From contig NC_086097.1 of the NCBI RefSeq assembly GCF_963921235.1, positions 76,076,001 to 76,140,000 on the forward strand: a DNA stretch of 64,000 bases, in the 5' to 3' direction. Positions 25,601 to 37,600 of the stretch are shown here, in pieces (position 1 is the first letter of the stretch; every line of letters begins with the position of its first letter). The stretch is from Mobula hypostoma (lineage: Eukaryota). Both the position numbers and the translations under genes were made by a program. Below the pieces are notes generated by a model. It worked only from the letters and a program-made list of their open reading frames with translations, was not told the origin of the DNA and searched no databases.

Positions 25601-28600
25601 AGGGAAAAAAAACAACTTCATGACATGAGTGATAATAAGCCTGATTCTGATATGGCTCTGTATTGCAGACTGAGAGTGGGAAGAGGGAAATCATGGTGGG
25701 AGAGGGGAGGGAGTGGGAAGCACCAGAGAGAGATTCTTTAATGATCAATAAACCGACTGTTTGGAATTAAATGATCTTGCCTGGTGTCTCAGGGCTGGGT
25801 TTATCTGCATACATGCCACCTTTTGCCCCTCGCATCCCCCTCTACTACCTGTCCCATGCCCCTCCAGCACTCCATCCTTGCCATTTCCAACATCCTCTGC
25901 TCCTGCCAGATTTACAAACTCTCTCTGCTCCTTGTTGACAGATACAGTACTGTGCATCAGTCTTGGCCACCGTAGCTATATATGTGCCTAAGATTTTTGC
26001 ACAGTACTGTAGGTATTACTATTGTCCAGGTGATCCAAGATGGAGTGGAGAGTCAGTAAAACTGAAATTGCTACAGTCTGCTTTCAAGGTAATTGCCAAT
26101 ACCTTCAGATCCTTTGTAATTCTTACTGAAGTAATGAAATTGTTTCATTTTCATTCCCGACTCTTTCTGGCATCTCCAATCCTGAATGTTTGAAAGTGCA
26201 GTGAGCAAAACAATTCTGAATTGTCTTGCTGCTTATTTCTCGCTAACTATCTGGGGCGGGGTGGGGGGTAATATCACTGTTTTTTGAACACCAACACACC
26301 CAACTGACGTTATTTTAAAAACTGTTCACTCTAATCACAGTGTGCTGTCTAATGGTCACACATGTTCACTCGACAGATGCTAGTTAGAAACTGTTTGGCA
26401 ACAGTTTCCTGTCTGAATTAAGCAGCATAGTGTCCCAAATAAGCAAAGGGAATCTCGGGTAATTTCTTGATCAGTTTTTGTTGTTTAAGAGTTGTCCCAA
26501 ATAAGTGGCTGCCCTGATTAATTGATGGCCCAATTAACCAGAATACACATCTTTACATGTCAGAGATGCAACAACTCTTATTATACATGAAAATAATTTA
26601 AAATATTAAAGCAAATGAAGACATAAACACGTTTGTTCTCCATCTAAAAGCACTAAATTTGTGTAAAATGTAAGGAATGTTCCTTCCGCTGCTGGTAGGG
26701 TTTTGCTCACACAGCCTCCACTGAAATAAATGGAGTTTCCAATCTTGGGCTTACCTTAAGCTTGTGAAAGATGTAATTAAACTGGGACACCTTAGCAAGA
26801 CCATTTTCTACATGGAGTTCAGTAGATGAATGACCTGCCAGACTTGACAATCAGTGAATAGTACAGGGGTTAAAAAAACAAACTGCTGTGGAAACTCTGG
26901 GTCAAGCATCATTTGTGGAGGTAAAGGGGTAGCCAGTGTTTTGAGTCAAGAGCTGTATCAGGGCTCTTGGAACCTCAAATGTTGACTACCCTTTTGCCTC
27001 TACAGATGTATCTTGACTCACTCAGTTCCTCCAGCAGTTTGTTTTTTGCCTTGGGTTTCATTACTTACATTCACTTTTTCTTTCAGAAAGTCAAAGCACT
27101 AGGTACTGGAAATCTGAAAAACATCGTTGGAAACAGTCATTAAGTTAGGCTGCATTGGTAGGAAGATAAACCATTTCAGTTTAAAGATCCTTCATTAGAG
27201 CCAAGATGTTTATGTTCAACAGCGTGTATCGACAGTTATGTTTGAAGCTGTTGCTGGAAGTCAGCAAATTCTAGCCCATTGAGTATAAAGATAACAGTTA
27301 GAATGTGTCATCTTTTCTGTGGTCACTTGTATAGTGGATCAATTTGCACAATTGCACAAATTGAGGAAAACTCACTATATTATTCTGTAAAACATAAAAA
27401 TTGGGATTATGCACAATTATATATAGTTGGTGCATTGGCATCTATTTGTCCAATAATTCTTGATTTCTATGTATGAGTGTATGCTGCAATTAAATAACGG
27501 AAGGCACATTAGACTGGGTTTTCTCTATCTTATTGTGAACAGTTACGAAGTATTATCTGTTGCGAGACTACTTGACATTTGGTCTCACAAATTTAAGTTA
27601 CAGTTGTGGAGAGGTAATCAGTCATAAATACTGAAGCGCATAAATATAGTAGAGGTGAAAAAAACTTTTAAAGTCAATATAGTGAGTTGAAATTTATTCC
27701 CTGCTCCCACTTAGGTCAAAGGATAATAAAATGGATGCTAATAACCTTGCTGTGGTGTTTGCCCCCAATCTATTCCATTCTGGAGATGGAAGTGAAAAAG
27801 TAACTTCATTGGCAGAGAAGCAACTTCATCTTCAAGCTGCAACAGTGCACACACTGATTGAAAACTTTGAAGGCATTGGTATGTAATTTGTGTTTTATTG
27901 TGATTTTCTTTTAATTTTATTACCATCGGATTTTTCGGTCAATGTTATTTTGTCTTGACTGTGAGTGGTGCTGCAGCTGACTTCTCATTACTGTAGCTGG
28001 GAACAGACACAATGTGGCTGACTCCTGGCATGCCATGTCAGTGTTTCTTTTTTATCCACTAAAAAGCTAACAAAGATAACACTGATACTTGTAACCAATA
28101 AACAGAAGCTAGGAACTGCTTGTTTACTTTGAAATTAATTATATCTATATTTTTATTCTGGTATCTTTCCCCTTCCTTTTCAGTCCTGAAGAAGGGTCTT
28201 TGCCCAAAACGTCGACTTTATTCATTTCCATGGATGTTGCCTGACCTGAGTTTCTTTAGTATTTTGTGTGTGTTGCTTTGGATTTCCAGCATCTGCAGAC
28301 TTCCTCGTTTTTAAAATCTATATAAAGTTTTATTTTTTAAAAAAATTAACCAACTTGATGTTAGGAATCTTTTCCATGTAAATCATGTACTATAATAAAT
28401 TCATATTGGCTTGCAGTATTCCATTGAAGCCAATTTCTTTTTTTATAGACCTCTTCCAAACCCATAGTTCTGGATCAAAATGTCAAATATTTCTAAGCCA
28501 CTGAAAAATAAAATCTGAAGCTATTTGAACATTTTAGATGATCTGGCTGAACTACTAACAGTCTTTCAAGAGCAGTCTACCATGCTGTTCACTGTTTCCA

Positions 28601-31600
28601 CAGAGAATAAAAATGCAGAATGCAGATTTTTAACCAAATGAATGTTATATTTCAGTCAAAAACATTAAGAATCCCAAATACAAGAGATTCTGCAGACGCT
28701 GGAAATCCAGAAGAACATATACAAAATGCTAGAGGAACTCAGCAGGTCGGGCAGCATCTATTGAAATGAGTAAAGGGGAAGCAGGTGGGGGGAGAAGAAA
28801 TACAAGCTTGAAGGTAATTGGTGAAGCAGGTGGGTGAGGGAGAGGCAATGAAGCAAGAAGCTGGAAGGTATTAGATGGAAATGGCAAAGGGCTGAAGAAG
28901 TAATCTAAAAGGAGAGGATAGTGGTTCACAGTAGGAGGGGAAGAGAGAGGGGTACCAGGAGGCAGTGATGGGCAGGTTGAAAAGAAGCGAGGAGGGAAGT
29001 CAAGAGTGGAGAATAGGGGAAGGGGGAAAATTACCGGAAGTTAGAGAAATAGATGTTCATGCCATCAGATTAGACATAACCAGATGGAATACGAGATATT
29101 AAGAATCCAGCTGGCATCTGTTCTCTGAATGTTAGTCATACTTTATTGATCCCGGGGGAAATTGGTTTTCATTACAGTTGCACTATAAATAATAAATAGT
29201 AATAAAACCATAAATAATTAAATTGTAGTATGTAAATTATGCCAGGAAATTATGAAATAAGTCCAGGACCAGCCTATTGGCTCAGGGTGTCTGACCCTCC
29301 AAGGGAGGAATTGTAAAGTTTGATGGCCACAGGCAGGAATGACTTCCTATGACGCTCTGTTTTGCATCTTGGTGGAATGAGTCTCTGGCTGAATGTACTC
29401 CTGTGCCCACCAGTACATTATGTAGTGGATGGGAGACTGTCCAAGATGGCATGCAACTTAGACAGCATCCTCTTTTCAGACACCACCGTGAGAGAGTCCA
29501 GTTCCATCCCCGCAACATCACTGGCCTTACAAATGAGTTTGTTAGTTCTGTTGGTGTCTGCTACCTGCAGCCTGCTGCCCCAGCACACAACAGCAAACAT
29601 GATAGCACTGGCCACCACAGACTCGAAGAACATCCTCGGCATTGTCCGGTAGATGTTAAAGGACCTCAGTCTCCTCAGGAAATAGAGACGGCTCTGACCC
29701 TTCTTGTAGACAGCCTCAGTGCGCTTTGACCAGTCCAGTTTATTGTCAATTCATATCCCCAGGTATTTGTAATCCTCCACCATGTCCACACTGACCCCCT
29801 GGATGGAAACAGGGGTCACCGGTACCTTAGCTCTCCTCAGGTCTACCACCAGCTCCTTAGTCTTTTTCACATTAAGCTGCAGATAATTCTGCTCACACCA
29901 TGTAACAGTTTCCTACCATAGCTCTGTACTCAGCCTCATCTCCCCTGCTGATGCATCCAACTATGGCAGAGTCATCAGAAAACTTCTGAAGATGACAAGA
30001 CTCTGTGCAGTAGTTGAAGTCCGAGGTGTAAATGGTGAAGAGAAAGGGAGACAAGACAGTCCCCTGTGGAGCCCCAGTGCGGCTGATCACTCTGTCGGAC
30101 ACACAGTGTTGCAAGCACACGTACTGTGGTCTGCCAGTCAGGTAATCAAGAATCCATGCACCAGGGAAGCATCCACCTGCGTCGCTATCAGCTTCTCCCC
30201 CAGCAGAGCAGGGCGGATGGTGTTGAACGCACTGGAGAAGTCAAAAAACATGACCCTCTCAGTGCTCGCTGGCTTGTTCAGGTGGGCGATCGTATCCTCA
30301 ACTCCTAGTCGGGGCTGGTAGGCGAACTGGAGGGGATCTAAGTGTGGCCTGACCATTGGCTGGAGCAGCTCCAGAACAAGTCTCTTCAGGGTCTTCATGA
30401 TGTGGGAGGTCAATGCCACCAGTCTGTAGTCATTGAGGCCGCTGGGAAATGTTACAGGGGTTTCAAATTCAGAACTCAACTTTGCATTTTGTGAATCACT
30501 TGACACAACTGCCGAAGTAAATTTTATTATCAAAGTGCATTTAATGTCACCATATACAACTCTGAGATATACTTTCTTCTGGGCCATCTCAAGAAACACA
30601 ATAGAATCAATGAGAGACCACAACCAGCAGGGTGGACAACAGCAATGTGCAAAAAAAAACACAAAACTATACAAATACAAAAAGAAATGATAATAAGTAA
30701 GCAATAATTATTGAGAGCATGAAGTGAAAAGTACTAGAAATAATGTATTTTAATAATAAGCACGAGACCAATTATTGTTAGCTCCTCGCCAGATCAGCAG
30801 AAAAGTAGTACTATTGAAGAGCCATTAACACCTGAATTGTTTGATCCTACATATGTTTGTGTATATAATTTATGTTTTAATGTTTGTGCTCTACCATTGG
30901 ACAAGAAGAATTCATTAAATTTTTCGCTGGTGGTATCAATCATTTGCTTTCTTCTGGAATATGTGCATGAGGGAACTTCATTGAGGAAAGTTCAAAGCTT
31001 TGGTGCTTTTTTTCCTCTAGTAATGTTTTTACTCTGGTTATATAATCAGTTTTTAGTTTGTTTAATAAATTAACTCATGAACTAGTCTTTGGAGGAGTTT
31101 TTAAAGAAAAAAATGGATTTTTGTCTTATCCTAAATTGTACTTAATATATTAATAATTACAAATAGTTGCATTGTATGTTTCATTTAAACAAGAAGAGCT
31201 TGCTTGATTAAAATCACTTCAAACAAGTTTCCTTACATAATAGAGTTAGGTTTATAATCAGACTCAAATGTAACTCTTTTCCATTCCACCTGTAGAAAAG
31301 TATCTTGGCTTTTCTCGGTTAACCTATTAATTCAGAACTGTCAGAATTCTGCATTTCTATGACCATTTTAAGTCCCACTGTAGTATTTTTTTCATATTTG
31401 TAGTCATTTTAAAAAGAGCATAAAATTTGGCACATGTTGACTATTTTCTTGAAATACGTATTCTAGTATATGTGCTTCATCATTATGGTGGTATTATGTC
31501 ACACTTTAAATCTCAATATTTTGTATATTTAATATACGTTTGTATATACCTGCATCAAGAGCAAGAGTATAACCAGGGAGATGGTAGGACCACAGAAGGA

Positions 31601-34600
31601 TAAAGAAGGGAACATTTCCTTGGATGTGGAGAATGTGAGTGAGGTACTTGAATACTTTGCTTCAGTATTTACCAAGGAAAACGACATGGAGGGCCAAGAG
31701 ATCAGTGCTGAATGTATAAATATGTTACGGCATTTAGAGGTCAAAGAGGAGGAAGGATTGGGTCTCCTAATGAGTATTAAGGTGGATAAGCCCCAGGGGC
31801 TTACGGAATTTACCCCAGGTCACTGAAGGATACAAATGACTCGACTGCTGGGGTCTTGACCAATATCTTTTGTGACCTGTCTAGGCATAGGTGAGGACTG
31901 GGGAGTGGCTAATGTACCTCTATTTAAGAAAGGAACCAGGGAAAATCCTGGGAACTATAAACGTGAGTCTCATATTAGTATGGGGAAATTGCTGGAGAAA
32001 ATTCTTAGGGATAGGATATAAGAGCATTTGGAAACTCATGGCCTAACTGGGGAGAGCCAGCACGGTGTTGTGCAGGTCAGAGCGTGTCCGACCAACTTGA
32101 TTTTTTTGACAAGGTGATGAGAGAGATTGATGAAGGTTGAGCAGTGGATGTTGTTCATATGGATTTTAGTAAGGTGTTTGATAAAGTCCATCAGGGGGAC
32201 TAATCCAGAATATTTAAGATGAAATGGGGTCTGCTGCGAATTGAGTGTTTGGATTCTGAACTGGCTTGCATGTAGAAGACTGTAGTGGTCAAAGGGACGT
32301 ATGAGCTGGAGGTCTGTAATTAGTGGTGTTCTGCAGGGATCTGTGCTAGTACTTCTGCTGTTTGTGATGTATATAAATAATCTTGATGACAATGTAGATG
32401 GGTGGGTTAGTAAGTTTGGAGATGATACCAAGATTGATGGAATTGTGGATGGTGTAGAAGACTGGGGAAGAATACAGTGCGATTTAGATCAGTTGCAGAT
32501 ATGAGCAGAGAAATAGCAGATGAAGTTTAACCCAGATAAATGTGAGGTGTTGAACCTTGGTAGAGCAAATGCAAGGATACCCTTAACAGTGTTGCTGAGC
32601 AGAGAGGTCTTGATGTCCAAGTTCATAGCTCCATGGAAGTGGCTACACAGGTTGATAAGGTAGTTGAGAAAGCTTACGGAATGCTTGTTTTTATTAATCA
32701 AGACATTGAGCTAAAAAGACAAGAGGTTATGTTGCAACTTTATAAAACTGGTTAGGGCACATCTGGAGTACTGCATAGTTCTGGTTGCCCCACTTTAGGA
32801 AAGATGTTGTGGCTTTGGGGAGGGTGCAGAAGAGGTTTACTAGGATACTACCTGATTTAGAGGGCATGTACTTTCATGAGAGGCAAGACAAATGTGGGTT
32901 GTTTTCTTTGGTGGGGAGATCTGATAGAGATTTGTAAGATTGAGTGGTGTGAATATAGTAGACACAGAGTATCTGTTTCCAGGGTAAAAATGCTTAATAT
33001 CAGGGCAGGTGTTAAAAGTGAGGGTTAGATTCAAAGTGGATGTGAAGGGTAGACCAGGCAGCCAACATTTTATGAATGATATCTATTCCTGAGGGTTCAC
33101 TTAGACTTTTAGTGATTTTGCTATTAAGCTAGTATAGGTCCTTCTCCAGCTTATGTATAGCCCAGGGGTAGGCCAGATATGGCCTGCGAGCAAATATTGA
33201 AATACTATGCTTATCCGGCCTGCGAGCGGTTTTTTCCTTATTCTGAGTGTTTCATGTGACCACACTGATGGACATGCATGGCATCTTGTTACACTGGTCC
33301 CAGGTTCTGTTTTGTTCCAAACCAAACACTGGTATATACAAATAATGGGAAGACAGACTACCTTATTAATATGTATTAGATACTCTCCATGCACGCGCAG
33401 GTTTTCAGATGGGATCGTTCAAATTTGTAAACAGAAACAACGTCACTATGTTTTAACAAGAAATCCACGCTAAATATCCAGATATTTACATGTGCTACGA
33501 TACTTGTTGAATAACTCGCGTTTCAAAATAAAATCAAAGAAAAAAATTCCAATGGCAATGAATGCAAAACGCAGGAAGGTAGACGCTTAGTGCCAAAAAA
33601 GCAGTGAAAATGAAGAAAATACCCATGCCAGCTATGAAGTTTCAAAATGTATTGCAGAAAAGATGAAGCCTTTTACAAATGGAGAATTTATCAAAGAATG
33701 TTTACTGGCAGTAGTGGATATTGTTTGTCCTGAAAAGAAATCTTTATTTGCATCTATCAGCGTGTCAGCAAGAACGATCACACGGCAAGTTGAAGAAATG
33801 TCAGCAGGTGTTAAGAGTTGTTTAAGGGATGCCTGCAACGAATTGCATTTTTTTTTTCAATTGCGCTTGATGAGAGTACAGACTTGAGAGACACTGCTCA
33901 ACTTGCAGTGTTCGTGCGAGAAGTGACCTCAACTTTTCAAATTTTTGAAGATTTTATTCAATTAATTCCTATGAAGGACACAGTTACTGGAGCAGACGTT
34001 CTTGAAGCTTTGCTGAAAATAATGTCAGAAATGCAACTTAATGTGTTGAAGCTAATTGGCATCACAACTGATGGGGCACCAGCAGTGGTGGGACAGGAAA
34101 ACTAAACTGAGTTCTTTGATTACTAATTGGCATCCTTGGTTAAGCACAAATGATTTTCTAGCATGTGTTATTCATTAATTTGAGGCAAAACATAACTAAA
34201 TGTATTCAAATGCATAATTCCCATATTTCAAGTTTTTTTTTATGGCATTTATCTAGCCCACAGTCCACTCATTAATATGCAATCTGGCCCACAGAGGCAA
34301 AAAGGTTGCCGACCCCTGGTATAGCCTGTACATACAAGGGAAAGTATAGAAGATTGGCAGTATGGATTTGTCAGCTGCTGTGGGGTTGTGAGCATCTTCT
34401 GCCACCTGAGAACTCAGTTTGTGGCTGCATTTCTGACTTGCAAGCTATTCGGGTTATGAGCATTTCCCAGGTTTGTAATCTAGTCATTACTTGAGACGGC
34501 CTGTATTGGAAGTCAAGTTCCAACAATTATCATTTAACCAATTTATCTTTAAGAAATGAGACTTTCTTTTCAATCTGACCCCCCAAAATAAAATGCAGTT

Positions 34601-37600
34601 GTAAGTTTAGCTGCTGAAGCTTCCATCCCAAGATTTGTACAGGTTTCACCCGCCATCCGAAGGTAAGGCGTTCCTATGAAACGGTTCGTAAGCTGGAATG
34701 TCGTAAAGTGAAGAAGCAATTACCATTTATTTATATGGGGAAAAATTTGTGAACGTTCGCATACCCAAAAAATAACCTACCAAATCATACCAAATAACAC
34801 ACAAAACCTAAAACAACAGTAACACATAGTAAAAGCAGGAATGATATGGTAAATACACAGCCTATATAAAGTAGAAGTACTTTTCTACAATCATTGCCGC
34901 ACTGTTCTCCATAGCGAAAATCTCACACAAGCGCTCTCGGCGGAAACATTCTCTCCAGTAACCTTTAAGCTGTGAAGCTGCCAAATCATACCAAATAACC
35001 AATAAAAATACACAGCCTATATAAAGTAGAAATAACGTATGTACAGTGTAGTATCACTTACGGGAATCTGGAAGACAGCGCCGAGCACACTGATGATGGT
35101 GTGTTAGGCTGAGTCATCGGAGGTTGGGGTGGTGCAGTGGTACCCAACCTCCGGGCAGCGAACCGATACCAATCACAATCACCTCTGATCTGGGCCCACA
35201 TTTAGGTGCCGGGCGGCACCTAATTAATTAGCTTGTTTCTTTTGGCTTTTCTCTTAAAGATGTGCTGGGTGTGTCCCGGCTACTGCTGCATTCTCTGTGG
35301 CCCGGGGTTGGGGTGGTGGGACACTGGGGTGTCAGCTCATCGTCATCAGTTTCCATCAGGGTAGGCAAGTCATCATCTTCTATGTCTGCCTGCCTTGATG
35401 TCAAAGGTCGAGGTTCGTCGGCTGATGTGGAAGGTTTGAGAAACGACAGTATGCTTGTCTGTTAGCCTCGCATATTTTTCTATCATCTCATGAAGTTACA
35501 TCATATTCAGTTCTTAGACAACTTCACTTTTGGTCCATTTGCTACTGCATTCGGTTTCGATTGTTATCTTTTCCTCTTCCAATTGTATCAGCTCTTCAAT
35601 CAGTTCTTGGTCATAGGATGCCAAAACCTCTTCAACATCATCTTCCTCGGCTTCCACAAGCCAAACTCACTTTGTCCTTACTTCGTTCATCACGATTGAA
35701 ATGCTTAATTATGTCTAGTTTTACGCTAAGTGTAACACCCTTACGAGCTCTTTTAGGCTTTTCTGATATCTTCGAACTCATCTTGCTACGGCTGCTTATA
35801 GGCACATGTTTGAACAATGCCGGCTAGAATGCAGTTCCGGGGGAGGAGTTTGGCTGCTTGGGGCGCGAGCTTTTTTTCGCGCGCTGTCTTTTTTTTTGTA
35901 ACAGTGAAAACACCTTCTGTTAGCGAAAACAGGTAGCTAATATAGGTCTTTCGTAACAGCGATATTTCATAAAGCGAATATTCGAAAAGTGGGGGACACT
36001 TGTACTACAAAATTAAAAAGAGCAATTCTTATAAATTTGTGGAAATTTGCCATCCTTAAGTTTACTTGTTCTCTTTATTGTATTTTACCTTATTTAGGAA
36101 TTATTTTTCTACAAGAATATCATTTAAAATAGTTATTGTCGTTATTAATTCAGAAGTTATGATCTCTTTAAATGCTTCTAAATATAAAACACAACCTGTT
36201 ATTAGTTGTATATAACAGTTGTTATAGCAAAAGCCTAGCTAATGTTGAGTAGTCAGGTCTGCTTCATGGAAGAGCTATGATAGTGAAGACTGGAACTCAC
36301 TTTGACCTGTGAAGCTACAGAAGGTTCAGCATGATTACCACGAGTACAGGTAGCCTTGCAGATAATGATAAACATCAAGCTTTTATTACTTTGTTATGAA
36401 CTATCAGGCCAACTGAAGTATTGTTTAATTGAACCATACTGCTTACAAGAAATTTGGTTGCTCAAATCTTTTTACTTGGTTTGCTGCTTATCAGTGTAAC
36501 CACCTCCTCACAACAGACTAACCTCCAACTCGGAACTCAACTAACTCTCAACTTTTTTTTTTCCATTCAATTGTGCCTCCCAAAGCCCCTTTTCCAATTT
36601 CCTGGCATTTGATTCATATCATGTCTTTATTTGCCTCTTTTCTATTTTTTTTAAACTTCAAACTCACCTCTTCAACTCGGTAGTTAGTCATCCTTCCAAA
36701 ATACACTCTTATCTCTAGTGGTTTCTTTTTGCCGGTTCAGGTTTTTGCTAAGTGCCCTGCCCCATTTTAACGTGTTCTTTAAATAATATTGAAAACTGAC
36801 ATTAAAATTTGCAAATGCATGTCATAAACACTTTGAATTATCACAAAGGTGTTCACAAGTTGACATTTTTAAATGCATTGAAACTTTATGCAAATATGGT
36901 AGTCATTCTGGCATCATGTATGTAACATTATACATGCTGGTCCATTTGGGGCTTCATTTTGCACTTTATTGTCTTTTATACGTTAATCTGGAAAAATAAT
37001 GTGATTGTCACAAAGTCAATAATATACACTGCTAACAACACAGACACACAAAATGCTGGAGGAACTCAGCAGGTCAGTCAGCATCTCTGGAAAAGAATAC
37101 AGTCGATCTTTCAGTCCGAGATCCTTCATCAGGACTAATGATAGATCTCAGCCCGAAACATCAACTGTACACTTTTTTCCATAGATACTGCCTGGCCTGC
37201 TGAGTTTCTCCAGCATTTTGTGTGTGTCGTTTGGATTTCCAGTATCTGCAGATTTTCTCTTGTTTGTGATTGAGCATACACTCCTATTTCTTCAGGTTGT
37301 GTTCCAGAGTTTATCTTGGAAAAAATTCCAGCAATGCTTGGTGATTGTGTAGCATCTAAAACGCCTTCATTAGAAACCTTGGAAGATGGAGATGGTTCAA
37401 GAGTGGAAGAGAGCAAAAGAAGAAGGCGTCGAAGTGTTGGAGGTTAATAAAATTTTTTCTATGTCATTTATTTTCTAAATGTTTTCATATTATTTTATAG
37501 ATTATTGTAAATCTATCTTTTATAGCCTACAATATTTACTGGCATGTTTTTGACACTTAATTCTGTTAATCATAATCTGTTTTCCATGCACATACTGTTA

